Part shown: positions 12,530-26,616 of the stretch, in pieces
How positions within the stretch are numbered: the first letter of the stretch is position 1
How the letters are laid out: each line of letters opens with the position of its first letter
Source: Lepidodermella squamata
Taxonomy: Eukaryota > Animalia > Gastrotricha
NCBI GenBank assembly: GCA_047495785.1
Contig: JBLDXI010000024.1
Location: forward strand, 186,001-250,000
DNA length: 64,000 nt
Direction of reading: 5' to 3'
Notes under the pieces: model-generated
Told to the model about the DNA's origin: nothing
What the model saw: the letters and a program-made list of their open reading frames with translations, nothing else
The model's database searches: none
Program-made: the position numbers and the translations under genes

Positions 12530-14345
12530 ATGAGTCAACGTTTAATTCTTCAAGTTTTTGAGCAATATCAAAAATCGCGCACGCAATTCGTGCAAACTGT
12601 TGCTGAGCTAGCAACTCGGCCCCAAAACATCGAGATTTTGCAAAATGCTGGGGTTATGGCGCTTTTGAGACCTTTGCTTCTGGACGTTGTACCAACAATA
12701 CAGCAAACTGCTGCGTTGGCTCTGGGACGTCTAGCTAATTTCAACGATGAACTTGCAGAAGCTGTTGTCAAGGGAGATATCTTGCCCCAGCTCGTTTACA
12801 GCCTGGCTGAGCAAAACGTAAGCTAGTTAATATCTAATACTATTGTGAATAATATTTTGGATATAATTAAGCGATTCTACAAAAAAGCTGCTGCGTTTGT
12901 GCTCCGTGCAGTGGCTAAGCACTCACCTCAATTAGCCAAATCTGTTGTGGACAGTGGTGCCTTGGATGCATTAGTGATATGCCTTGAAGAATTCGATCCT
13001 GGCGTTAAGGAGGCAGCAGCATGGGCTCTTGGATACATCGCTCGCCACAATGCTGGTTAGTGCAGATATTTTTTATTATGTAGTATAAATGTATGGACAT
13101 TTTAATCATCATTAGAATTGGCTCAGTCTGTCGTCGACGCTGGAGCTGTGCCTCTTCTGGTTTTGTGTGTGCAGGAACCAGAAATATCTTTAAAACGCGT
13201 CGCTGCATCGGTAACATTTAAACCTTCAACCGGTGAACACTTTTGGACACGATTTTTAAATTAATTTAGGCGCTATCTGATATTTCCAAACACACACCCG
13301 AACTTGCCCAAACTGTTGTTGACGCTGGCGCCATCGCTCATTTAGCTCAGATGATTTTCAATCCTGACGCTAAGCTCAAACGCCAAGTCTTCTCAGCGCT
13401 CGCTCAAATGAGCAAGCACTCAGTTGATTTGGCCGAAATGGTAGTCGAAGCAGAAATCTTCCCTGCTGTTCTGAACTGCTTGAAAGACCCTGATGAATAC
13501 GTGAAAAAGAATGTTGCTACCTTGATCCGCGAGATTGTTAAACACACACCCGAATTGGCGCAACTTGTTGTCAACGCTGGGGGTGTTGCTGCGTTGGTCG
13601 ACTTTGTCGCGGAGACCAGAGGAAATACACGGTTACCTGGCGTGATGGCACTCGGTTACATTGGGTCTCATTCGGAGAGCCTTGGCGCTGCAGTCATCGG
13701 AGCCAAGGGAGTTGTACAGCTAGCTATTGCTCTACAGCAAGAAAGCGAAGACTTCATGTTGGCTTCAGTTGCATGGACACTCGGCCAAATAGGCAGACAC
13801 ACTCCCGAGCATGCTAAGGCGATCGCTAGCGCCAATATCTTGCCTAAACTGCTGCAATGCTATTTGAAAACTGACGCCACTGAGGATCTTCAAGTTAAAG
13901 TAAGCGAACTATAAGTATGTGAGCTATGCAGTTAATTATTAATCTATTATTCCAACAGTCGAAAAAAGCGTTGAAAAACATCTTGCAAAAATGCGTGCAC
14001 CTTCCGGCCCTCGAACCATTGTTACACGATGCTCCATCGAATATCTTGAAGTACGTTGTTGGCCAGTTCAGCAAAGTTCTCCCGCACGAACCGAAGGCGC
14101 GAAAACTTTTCGTTACAAGCGGCGGCTTGAAAAAAGTTCAAGAAATCAAGGCTGAACCTGGATCTGCTCTGGTAAGTTATCATTGCGTATTTCTTTCCCG
14201 TAAAAACTTGATATTTTTGTCATCTTAGGCTGAATACATCAACATTATCAACTCATGCTATCCCGAAGAAATCGTTCGCTACTACTCACCTGGGTACTCT
14301 GACGCGTTGCTGGAGAAGGTCGAGCAGTACCAACCCGATATTTAA
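12530..14345 (+). CDS. SPAG6: Sperm-associated antigen 6 / PF16, armadillo-repeat axonemal central pair protein
   Basis: MSQRLILQVFEQYQKSRTQFVQTVAELATRPQNIE...YPEEIVRYYSPGYSDALLEKVEQY. Six exons with short GT-AG introns; stop TAA at 14343-14345. Confidence 0.96.
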
Positions 14346-15399
14346 TTTATGTTATAATGCGTTGTGACCTCTGATATCCAAATTCTGTCAGATTGGAATA
14401 AGAATCCTATCGACGAAACTTAGTCACTTGAAATTTCTACACCGAATGTAAAGTTCGCGTGGCCATTTAGCTTTGCAAATTGTTGGGAAATAAATTGTCA
14501 TCGGGTTTTGTGTTCAAAAGACCGCGTTTTCGTTAATTTGATTTGCAGCACGTTTACTTCAAAAAACCTGTGCACGCCATAAAAATATAAACATTGTACG
14601 GCACAACTTGATACAACGAGGAATCTCCCATGGAGCGAAAAGACTAGCGAAACATCATTGGTGAACAGTGACGAGGTGCGCACGAGTTGATGAACCCTTC
14701 ATTCAGAAAACGTTGGTGAAAGGCAGAGCCAACAAAGGTTTGACAGCAAAAATAGGTACCTATATCGGAGTTCAACAACCACGATTCATAAAAATTACAA
14801 GATACTAAGAAAGCAAAACTGCAATATAAAGTATTATGAGATAACTAGCAACCATAGCAACAATATCGAAGGAAAAAACTCGTGATACGCTGGATGCTCC
14901 GATTTAGTTAACAAAGTATCACACCTAAATCAGACAGATATTGGTCGAACAAGGGGGCCTGTTCGTTTCGATGAGATGAATTCATACATTATTTTGCCAC
15001 TGTTTATGCGATTTGACAAAAATGCGAAGGAGAAAATGCTATAGTAAAATAGATACGGCAACACAGCTGGAATCGTAATGAAGCGGCTGAACCGGTAGAA
15101 AATAAAGACACGACATCAGGTTGAAGGAGAAATAGCAATGTGACTCGCAAATTTCAAGACAAGCTAGCGGAAGCCATGAAATAATAAAATCGATAAATTG
15201 GCTTATTCGTTTCAGATGATGTCGTTATTATATTATTGTCAGTGTCATTTTTTTATTTTTATGTATCAAAAATTTATTGATAAAATCGTTTATTTTGTGG
15301 TTTGAGATAGTGAATGATATTGTAATTAATCAACAGTACAAATAAGGAGATCGACGAAGGAGATAGGGTAGGAGATTGGCACAATACGATTTGCCAACT

Positions 15400-18300
15400 T
15401 CACTCAGGCGACGAATTGCCACTGCCATCACGACTAGACTTGACAATAGCAGCGATTTCTTCAGCAACGCAGATTAGTACAAACTCAAATTGTTCTTTCG
15501 TCTTGACCAGACCGACTCGTTGGTCGCGGAGATGTTCCAAACTGGCCGAAATGTCTACTTCACGTGCACCTTTCGCGATGTGGTTCAGGGTCATGTCCAG
15601 CAAAATGTAGGCACCAGCCCGACCACCGCCATTCGTACTCTGAACAATGATGGGCGAGGCGTGGGGACGGTACGATCGATTCGCTTTCCTGAAATAGGGC
15701 AGGCATTTAGAAAAGGTCAAAGCAATAAAAACAAAAACAAAACAATGGGACGGGTCGAAAATTCAAATAAAATCAAAGCAAGTTTATCAAACCTGAAGCC
15801 ATGGTTACACAAACGGAGGTAGAAGCGAAATTGGAAGTCAGTCAGTCTCACACGGTTGGAAAGCGAGAGTTCGTCGAAAGTGACAGCATGAAGCGAAAAC
15901 GGAAGGTCCCGCGATAGGTTCAGAAAAAAGCCATGCTCTGACCCACTTTTGTGACTATGCAATTTCCGCGGCCGCTTTTACAACGAAGCGACTCAAGTTA
16001 GGCGAAACTGCATTGTCGAACAAAAGTAGGCCCGCGAACGGCAGTCACAGCAGCCAACAATTAACATAACAAGTAGATTACACAGACAAGACACGAAACG
16101 CAACAGACAAAAGCACGAAGGACAACATAGATGGGGATAAGCAAAGCACAAAAAATCACGCGAAATTACCTGCGGAATGCAAGGATGCTGCGGCAAAGTT
16201 TCGGCACGCCGTCGCTAGGCCAAGCCAAAAAGTGGAATTGGGTGACGGTGCGGCTATCGCCAGTCGCGGTGTCTTTCAGGACGAGGCTGCGGACGATGAA
16301 GTCCTCGTTCCAGGCGTGCTCCGACACGAGACCGACTTGCCAACGGTGGTAGAGCGTCAAGCCTTCGTCCGGCCAGTATCTGATCGACTTGGGCTCGTTC
16401 GGCTGCGCAAGGTAGACGATCAAGGTGGACTTTTGCTCCCAAACCAGTTGCCAGAAGTCGGCGACAGTCTCAGCGAGCGGCGCCTGGGTGGCGACGTAGG
16501 CCGGGCGGCGAGGGTCGGTGTCCACGATGTAGCTTGCGTTGATGTAGTCGGCCTTGAAGGCGTTCGACTCGGAACACAGCTTGACGCGGTTGTGGTCGTA
16601 GGGCACAACGCCGATTTCGCGGTTCTTGCTCGCGTTTTCAACCAGGTTTGCGATGCTGAGGTCGCTGCGGTCGGGCGCGTAGCCGCACAACTCGCTCCAT
16701 TCCTCTTCGAGGCGTGATCGGTTCTTCAGGTGCTCCTCCATGTAGGCGAGCACGACGTGGGCGGTAGAGACGTCGAGGTCGGTAGGGCGGGGCTCTTCGG
16801 CCCATGGTGGCGGGGAGGGCGGGGGACTCTGGCGAGAACCGTTGCCACCGCTGGTTACGACCTCACCTAGGCCTGCCTTAGCAGAACCGGCCTTAGTCGC
16901 GATCGACTCACGACACAAGTCCTGAAAAATAGTGTAAATTTAGATGTAAAACGCGCGAAGTGACAAGCGACAGGTATCGCGATAATGCGGGCAGTGGTCA
17001 GTGAAATAAACAAGTTGATCGAATTTGAAGAAGGGATAATATTATTTATCATACGGTGCGCAGCGAGTTAATCTTACTCATTACAGATGAGAAATCCCGC
17101 GTGCAGCTAGTTTGACAGCACGGGCTTCACTCATCAATATCATCCACCTTAACTTAGTGACTAATGAAAATGTATTATCGACATGCCGCGTGTTAATTTT
17201 TTGTGACACAACAAAAACAAAAACAACAAGACGGGGGTGAGAATGAACTTACTTCGTAGCAGCGTCGAGATTTCCACTCGCGGATCCTGCCCTGGACATT
17301 GCCGAGCGCGTGTTTCAGCGAGCCCTTGCGCATGGCGACGCGGAGCAGCACGAACACGACGATGGAGCAGGCGATGCAGACGCTGACGACGATGAGAAGC
17401 GCGACGATGGCCGTGTGCGAGGCCGACCAGCGACTGAGCGTGCCCTGGGCCTCGGCCGTCTGTGCGAGGGCGGCTTCTTGTTGCCGCAGTGCCAGGTGCG
17501 CCTGAGCGTTCAAAACAAAGTCATATGGCGGAGTTGTAGGAAAACAGCCTTGGATTCAGCGAAAAAGTGACCACTTACCCGTCTGCCGATTCCGACGGCA
17601 ACAACGTGCCGATTGCAGTTGCTTCTAATCTTATCAGCATTCGACTCTAAAAACAAATAAAATGCGAAAAGTTGGTGTGGGCGGTTGATAGAAGTGAAAT
17701 TGGCTAATAATTTGAATATGGCGGCGAATGAGCCAGGCTGAGGACTAACAGCGAGACTTAAATATGACTGGGATTCATGTCATCGCGGAAAAGTAATAAT
17801 AAACTGGTTTTGCGACATGACAGGCGCGAATGAAGCCGTCAAAAGCCGGGGCATCGACAAGCCTCTCTCCTGCTTCTACTGCCGATGCTCTAATACTAGG
17901 CGATTTGAGGACAGGCCAGGCACTCACTCTGAGCTGATTAAAGCATCACAGCGCATCCCAGCGCCCCGTCAAAGCCGGTTTCATCGCGCCAGCTGATGAT
18001 TTCATCACGGATCTGCGATATGAAAAGGTGCGATGAGTGGCGTCGCTGTTCCTGCGCCGCGCGATAATATAGCCGCTATAAGAAGAGAGCAATGCCTTGA
18101 TTGCAAGTGAAAATGACGCGGGTAGTGATTACTTGAACTCGGCGTCTCTCTCCCTCGTTATCGATCGGGCCGATTAGCAGCCGAGCAGGCAATCATCGCA
18201 GTAAATATATACAGGACGAGTGGCAACACGGGGGAGAGGGAGGGAGAGATTTTGTAGCCTAGCGCGCGCGCGAGTGTGAGTGAGTGAGAGAGTGAAAATA

Positions 18301-21300
18301 TAAGGCATCGATAAATATAGGATCGCGTTATTGCTTAAATCGCGACTTAAATCTCTGCTGCGGCGCAGGCAACGACGACAAAAGGTGGCGACTGAACTAA
18401 TGCGACAGGAAAGAAGACGACAGGCGATAAATTTCGCACAGCCGTGATAATAATGCTATTAGAACCGGGCGTTGGCAGGCAGGCATCAGACGCGCAGGTA
18501 GCGTACGCAAGGGAAAACAATAGCGATCACTGAAATCTAAAACCGGGCGCGAAAATGACCGTCGACCTATTTCGAGAGCAGGATTAAGGAAGATTGAGAG
18601 CGAGAAGGTGAGTTCAGAAGACGGGAGGAAATTTGATGCCCGCCGCCGTCCGTGATGCTAATAAAAATTTGGAAAATTTTTGCGATAACGTTGCCGAATG
18701 CGGGCGGCCTGTGGTAGCAGTGAGCAGTCGGCCCGCCGACCGGCCATGAAAACAAGCTCGGCGGGACTACTATTGTATTAGAATCTATTCTATTATTTTT
18801 GATCAGGCTGCTTTGTCTCGTGCGACGGCGACGAGCACGACGGATGGATGACGTCGGCGCAAACACGAGCTGATAATATCTATCGATTGAGGCACTTGGC
18901 GTACGCCAGCTAGATCCCATCGAAGACCGATGAAGCGTCCATAACGCGTCTTTATTATTTTTGAGCATCGCCATAGACGGTAGCTGGCAAGCGAGCGGAA
19001 AATGGGGCTGAGAAGCCAGCCGAAAGCCGAGAGCGAAATCAGAGCGCAGCATGTGCACAGCGCACAGTGCGCTTAATTTGGTTTCAGAGCGGTGCACGAT
19101 GAGCCGTTATTGAATTGCTTCATGATTAAGCTCGACGCTATTTCACGGTCACATGCGGCATCGCAGTGCAGTAATAAATATGAACAATATGGCACACGAG
19201 CCTAATTCGAAAAAATGCGATTTGGTTTCACGACGCGGCCATTAGAAGCCCGACGGACAGCTAATGCGATGACGATGATAATTGCTGGGACGAGAGAGAG
19301 AGAGGGATTTCAGCTGACTAATGCGGATCGGCCATTAAGATGGCTCACCAAGGGAGGCACTAGCTGCTCTTGTCATCACCCAAATATTGTGCGAGCGAGC
19401 GAAATGAGTATAAACACAAAATGGCTAAAACGTATTAGGAACGCGAATAAGTGGAATGCTAGGTGCAAGCTGAGGGAAGGCGAAATTCTAAACAAGAAAA
19501 ATTCTAGCAGGAAGCGCTAGGTATTATGGCAGCCGTCCGCGAAATAGGCGGCGGTTTCATTCAATTGCGCCCGCCCGGCGAAGCTTCTCACCTTAAAGAT
19601 CGCCAATATACGCAGAGCGCGCCTCAAAAGTCAATTTCCTGTGAACGGCCGCCTCGTGAACGAAAGCTAATAGCATTACAAGTGCTTGTTTATGAGGCCC
19701 AGCAGTAGCCGCTATGTGCGAAGAAACCCCCAAGAAGTTACTGCTTAGAATCCCTGCGCTACTGTTGTTTTGTTTTCGCCGAGACAAAATCGATCAAGGC
19801 CGCAGTGCTTACCGATTTCTTTGGCGATCGAGCTCGCAGTCGCCTTGCCTGCGGGATCCCGAACTTCGAAAACTATCTCGCCCTGCCAACTGTTACAAGA
19901 ACGCTTTGTTATAATTTGAATCGTAACTAGCCAAGAAAATCACCTGTCAAGAATGATGAGAGCCTTTGAATCGTCCTCGCCCAGTTGCGCTACAGCGCAG
20001 TCCAGAAAAGAGGATGCTGACGAGGCAGAGTTGATGCTGAAAAATGGGAAAATTTGAAATTTATCAGAGAATAAATATAGACTGGAAGTAGTGTTTAAAA
20101 ACTGACCTCGGCTCGGTTTGAATGTAAGCATAATTTGTTTCTACCATCTTGACGTCGGAAGCAACAGGCGCGCCCTTACGAGGGTCGCCGACCACGATTG
20201 AATCGGAAGAGACTATAGCGCTACTGTGATGCATGGGTCTTGGTCCCAGACTGTCGCCGCCGAAAACTTCAACTTTAACATCTCGATGCGCGCCGTTGCC
20301 AGCAGATAACAAACGGGCCAACATCGCGTTTCTAGAAGAGGCTTGCTTCTCAACGATTTCATCAGCATCGTCGCTGTCGTCATCGTCGTCGTTATCAGCA
20401 ACAACTTCGACTCGATTTGCGAGGAACGGCGATAGACCGCCAGTCCTTAGTTGAGGCCTCACCTGAGGAAGGATTTCGACGACTTCAATATCGTTGCTGC
20501 CATCTTCATCGTCACTATCCTCCCCATCGTCAGCCTCGACTACGATAGGCAAAGTCCGAATTTCGTCCTTTTCATCTTCATCGTCGTCGTCGTCGTCGTT
20601 ATTTTCGTCATCACCATCTGCGATAGGAACGACGATTTGATCGTTATCCTCATCGATCACGGGAACAACAGGAACGACTTCTTCATTGTCATCGTCGTCG
20701 TTGAAGGCAAAGAATTTCGCGGCATCAGGATTGCGGGTGTCGAAAAACTGGCCCATGTTCGACAATTGCTTGCCAATAAACTACGGACAAACAATCGATA
20801 TGAATACCAAAGAGCATTTTTCGACGAAAAAACATACTATAGAATTTTTAACGCGAGGGTACTTCTCGACGAGATGTTCGTTTTCGGGAATGCCTTCCTG
20901 AGGCATGTACGATTGGAAGGCATGAGCGAGACTTTCACTAACACGTTTTTGACCTTGTTCTGAAAATAAATTATATTTCGTTTCAATCAAGTTCCACCTC
21001 GTGATTTTGTCGCTGTTTACCAGGCAAAGCTTCAGTGAAAGCACTCAGGCAAGGAGGCGGTTCCAGGCGGTGTGACGACCTGTCAACGGTAAATTGTTAT
21101 TGAAACTGATCATTTCTTTTTTAGATCCGTTATACTTGAAAGATTCGATAAGCCATTTGATGGCACACTGTGATTCCTCATCTTTCCAAGTGAAGCCGCG
21201 CTGGGCCAGCAAGTGCAAAAATCTAGTCAGGATCGCTTTTTGTTCATTTGTTGTTTCAAGGGTAAAATCAGGCACAATATCCAAAGCTAGGACGGCTTGG

Positions 21301-22798
21301 GGAACGCAAATGCCGAACAGGCCATCTGTGAAGAAATAAAATAAGTAATTAGGATCCCGCTGAACTTCAAACAGCAATCGCCAATGCGTGATAATTTAAA
21401 TCCGGTACTTTTCATTAGCGATCGTATCTATGGACGACACGCCTCACCACATGAGAAATTCAATCCATAAACCATTAGTGCACATAAGCAAATTTACACG
21501 CGTCGTTATATGCAAAGGAAAATATGCATCGGCGGTATTATTCATCTATGCAAATCACTACCTCAGTGCTCAGTGCTCGCATTTTCAACGAATATTATTC
21601 TTCAGCCCGCTATGTATTCAAATTATTAATAAATTGATTTATAATCGAAATGTATTTCGCCGCTAAGTGTGGAACAGCGAGACGAAATGGCAATGCACCC
21701 CACTTTTTGAAAACAGCTGGACTTTCGCCCCCTAGTTCCGTTCCGCCTATTGACGCACAATCCAATATAAAAATTCAATACATCGTAATAGGATGTGCCA
21801 ATGTATAACAATACACATCAACTGCAGTGCTCACCTAAGCGCATGTCTGCAGAAGCACATTCATGGCCGCGCAAACAAGAGAGCGCGCGGCATGTTGTCA
21901 ATAGCTTTTTTCTAGCGGCTCGCCCACATAATGGAAAGTCAATCTCAAAGGACCGTAATCGCCGCAGGAACAGATCGATATTTTAATATCCAACGAACGA
22001 TCTCTGACGAAAGCCGCCCAGTGTGCATCTGACGCATGTAATTCGATAAATATCGACTGGGCGTAGGCGTAAGCCTACTAGAGCGGTTTGAAATTTAGAT
22101 CATCGAAAGCAAAACAAACCACATAAACACGCATCTCGCCATCTACGAAGTCCTATATTCATATCCGAAGCATATTATCGCCGCCCTCTCATATTCGCAC
22201 CACGGCAAATTTATCGGTGAATGTGAAAGCCGATCGGCTCTACACTGGCTAGAGTATTAGGCTACTTATCATCGCAATGAAGCTGCGTATAATGATTCAA
22301 TACGTAAAAAAACGTATTAGGTCCGCATACTCGCGACTCGTAATAAAATGTACAGCTACGCGGATGGTGGCTGATTTAATTTTCAATCGAGAGTAATGAT
22401 GAAACAAATAATTACGCACGCAGCTGTGATGTGAAAATGATTAGGGCGGGAAAATCTGTCGCAAAAGAGAAGCGTTCGCGGAAAAAGCGGCGGCGCACAT
22501 CGTGCGGAGGTGATTGTAATATCCTGTCACCTAAAATTTTAGATAATACATTACGCTGAGAAGGATAATTTCCTGCATTCCAGCTAATACATTCTTGACC
22601 GTACTAAATGCATCAATTTCAACGGCTTACCGTTAACACACAATTCCGAGGTTTGGCAAACAGAAGAGAATGAACAGCCTAAGAAAAAATGTAAATTCGC
22701 TATACAAACGCAATTATACAAGACTTACCTATTGCTCCACCAGCAGAAACACAAGACAGATAGACAGAAATAATAATAGTGATAAAGAATAGTGCCAT
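15400..22798 (-). CDS. PTPRN: Receptor-type tyrosine phosphatase-like N (IA-2/PTPRN/PTPRN2, ida-1) dense-core vesicle protein
   Basis: Signal peptide from ATG 22798; GCSFSSVCQTSELCVNDGLFGIC Cys motif; ectodomain exons 20036-19944, 19889-19813, 17646-17579; TM exon 17501-17253; YEDLCR, LAYMEEHLKN, YINAS, TQFHFLAW, EHLRDQR in exons 16921-16170 and 15688-15400. Confidence 0.92.
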
Positions 22799-24343
22799 AA
22801 AGATGAGAGCACTAGCTCATGCGCTCATTTAATGGCCGAATAGGTCAAATGGTAAATATTGATAAAATATTCACCTAAAATGAAAGAAATGAATCTGATA
22901 AAATTCAAGGCAACGCAACAGGTTAATGCAACATGTTTACATAGAATAGAATAGAATTTGAAATGTTGCATTCGACATGGAATAAGCCGAAAATCACAGT
23001 TGAATCACAGCAGGATATTAACTGTCACCCACCAATTTAGCTTTAAATTGTCGAATCTTTGGACAAGCATTATTAACACATGACGTAGAGGTATCCTGGT
23101 TCTGAGTGAAGAAACGAATGTCTGATGGTTAATTAAATCAAGTTTCAAGCAATTCAACTCGGTTACACAATCAGTAAAAACACAGAGTGCGGCATTGTTT
23201 TGCTGAATCTATGGCAATCGTGGAACTACGAAATCACCATCTTAGTTAATTATCGGAACTTTGAAACCTAAAGAGCGCCCTGAATGAAGGAATTAAGTTC
23301 TACAAATCAACCAACAGCAAATATATATATAATAATCATGATCTTCAGACCTGTAACTCATAATGAGTCTACATATTCGCACTTGGCCTGAATTCAACTT
23401 ATCCCAAAAGAGGTCACTTATGATATCACAAACTGATGCTGGGGAAAAGTGGGATTCAACATGTCATCATCCTCACTACCATACATAAAATTGAAAGAAC
23501 AAAGCCATACTTACTCAAGTATCATTCGGCGATCTTTAAAAAGAGCCACCAAGTTTTCAAGAGTATTGCAATTTACTGAATTGCATCAGGCATTGAGATA
23601 TAGTAGTAAAAAGAGTGGGCGTTTAAAATACGAAGGAAACTGGAGAACCATAGTGGCATCTGTGAATGAGTAGCGGAAAAGTTTCAAGTGACATCGGATG
23701 TATTAGTCATGATAGCCGTAATCACTGCTGACATCTCTTGATTAGCGTGAATCCAAAGAGTCAAGCGCAAAGAAACAAGAGACAGCGACACAGGTTAGGA
23801 GACGGACTTGGCAGCTGATGAGAGATTGAAATTTAAAGTGGACGCCCGCGCAAACTAATAATTTTTTTCACATAAATTACTTTTAAATTTTTAATTAAAC
23901 GTATTTATTTGTTTTAATTTAGTTTTATCACTTTGATTTGAAATTGCATAATGCGGGGTGCCGACGACCGCCGGACGGAGCGCGGTGCGTCGTTTTGCAG
24001 TCATCCTTTGTTGTTGGGTTCGACAACTAGGTAAGAAGTCTCAAGACGTCTGCTGCTGCTATCGAGGGCAGCTTGTTTGGTTTTCGTTTTACATGGTGCT
24101 GAGGCGAATCTGTAATACGCACTTTACTTGAATTTGGGATTCATCCTTCTCAAATCCGCCAAACAAGCGAAAATTCTCATGTTTGTCGTTTTCACTTTTC
24201 ACCGTTCATTGTTGACTATGTTGAATTTGGCAGTAGCCTGGTATCGATCCATTTTTCTTTTATAGACTCTTTCAGCTATCATCTCACTCTAAATTTACTT
24301 TGAAAGTTTTGGAAATATATTTCTAGAAATATTAAATATTACC

Positions 24344-25808
24344 ATGGCTGCTGTAAAAGCGGATACCGTGAGTGCTAAGTCTCTATTAAGATCCATGTAT
24401 TGTAATCGTTGTGTTTTCAGTTGATGGGCGGAAAGATGATGGATAAAAACATGCACGCACTGTCAAGGCCAGATCTTGCGCCCATGGATATTGATTCTTT
24501 GGTTCCTCAGCTCACAACTTCCCAGAAAGAGGAAGGCATTAAATCTTATTACCTCAGCAAGATCGAGGAGCTCCAGCTGGTTGTTGCTGAGCGTATGCAG
24601 AATCTTCGTCGCTTGGAGGCCCAGCGTAACGAGCTAAATGCTAAAGGTAAATAAATCGATACCATACATCCGTTATGTCTACAAACACTATTGTCTTCAG
24701 TTCGAATGCTAAAGGAAGAACTCCAGCTGCTTCAGGAGCAGGGATCTTACGTTGGCGAAGTCGTCAAAGTTATGGACAAGAAGAAAGTTTTGGTCAAGGT
24801 AAGATTTTGTGGCTTTATCATGTATACGAGCTCTCCATGTCAAATTCGTAGGTTCATCCTGAAGGCAAATATATTGTCGATGTTGACAAGAGCCTCAACA
24901 TTGCTGACATTGCTGCTAACTGCAGAGTGGCTCTCCGTAATGACAGCTACACTCTTCACAAAATTTTGCCAAACAAAATCGATCCATTGGTCAGTTTAAT
25001 GATGGTTGAGAAAGTCCCAGATTCGACGTATGATATGATTGGCGGTCTTGACAAGCAAATCAAGGAAATCAAAGAAGTCATTGAGCTCCCAATCAAGCAC
25101 CCCGAACTGTTTGATGCTCTTGGAATCGCACAACCCAAGGGAGTACTTCTTTACGGGCCACCAGGAACTGGAAAAACCCTGCTCGCCCGAGCCGTTGCTC
25201 ATCATACTGACTGTACTTTCATTCGTGTTTCCGGTTCTGAACTTGTCCAGAAGTTCATCGGCGAAGGCGCTCGCATGGTGCGTGAACTGTTCGTCATGGC
25301 TCGTGAACACTCCCCCTCAATCATTTTCATGGACGAAGTTGACTCAATCGGCTCGACTCGCATCGAAGGCGGTCCTGGTGGCGACAGTGAAGTTCAACGG
25401 ACCATGCTTGAGCTGCTGAATCAACTCGACGGTTTCGAACCTAAGCAAAACATCAAAGTCGTAATGGCGACTAACCGTGTTGACATTCTCGATCCTGCCC
25501 TTCTTCGACCCGGTCGTATCGATCGCAAGATCGAATTCCCCGCACCCAATGAAGAAGCTCGTTTGGACATTTTGAAGATTCATTCCCGCAAAATGAACCT
25601 AATGCGCGGTATCAATCTCCGCAAAATCGCTGGCATGATCTCTGGCGCCTCGGGAGCTGAGGTGAAAGCCGTGTGTACTGAAGCTGGCATGTATGCTCTC
25701 CGAGAACGTCGTGTTCACGTCACGCAAGAAGATTTCGAACTCGCGGTTGCTAAAGTGATGCAAAAGGACCATGAAAAGAATGTTTCGATCAAGAAATTAT
25801 GGAAATAA
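24344..25808 (+). CDS. PSMC5: 26S proteasome regulatory ATPase subunit Rpt6
   Basis: Exons 24344-24367, 24421-24646, 24701-24798, 24852-25808. Motifs [38 protein letters not shown] and C-terminal SIKKLWK. Confidence 0.97.
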
Positions 25809-26460
25809 TCGTATTTCCATTATCTTTTTTTAGCCTTCTTAACATGTTATGACTGCTGTTTATTATTTTGATAAATGCAGTCCGCCGTTCTCGCTTGTCA
25901 TCTCTCTCACGTCCTCTTACTGTCTAAGCGTAAATTTATTATCATAAACAAATCCTTTTTGAAAACAAAACCATTTCACAAAATGATTGGCTGACTTGTG
26001 TGTGTGCGTGCGCGCGATTTCGTTCTTGTACTTCACCCATCTGTGCTTGAACTTGCCTAGCAAGCTCTCTAGAACGCGACGTGATGATAATTTTTCTATG
26101 TTTACTAGCTGTTATTTTCTTTCTCTTTCAATCACTAACAGGACGCGGGAATGGGTCTTCTTTACGTTCTCATGGTATTCTTTTCCTATTCTGCGAATAC
26201 TTGCAGTGTGTAATGCAATTCTTCACTTTTCGGCGAGACTCGATGCGCTGCAGAAATGTTGTCTGCACGAGCTCGTAACGATAATGTACAGAAAAATGTA
26301 CAGTTTTAGCAGATGAAATGCTTGTATGCGCGCACCCAAAAAATGTTGAATTCTTATACTGTTATCATAGCGAACATGCTGGAAATAAACGAACTTGGCT
26401 TGATGAAATAACTAAGGTGGCGATCGCTAATTATTTCCTTGTTTTTTTAGAGATTTAATC

Positions 26461-26616
26461 ATGGGAGCGCATAAGAGCGTGCGCGTGAAGACGCTGTTGG
26501 CCAAGAAAATGCGCCAAAACAGGCCTCTTCCGCAATGGATCCGTCTCCGCACTGGCAACCGCATCCGCTACAACGCCAAGAGGCGTCACTGGAGGCGCAC
26601 CAAGCTCAAGACCTAA
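26461..26616 (+). CDS. RPL39: 60S ribosomal protein L39 (eL39), 51 aa, below the ORF-track cutoff
   Basis: Manual translation: [51 protein letters not shown]. Confidence 0.96.
   Translation: MGAHKSVRVKTLLAKKMRQNRPLPQWIRLRTGNRIRYNAKRRHWRRTKLKT

Noticed and set aside
18567-19097. 176-aa ORF nested in the PTPRN intron
   Set aside because: GTG start and no domain; the flanking PTPRN exons (19813 and 17646) already join in frame without it.
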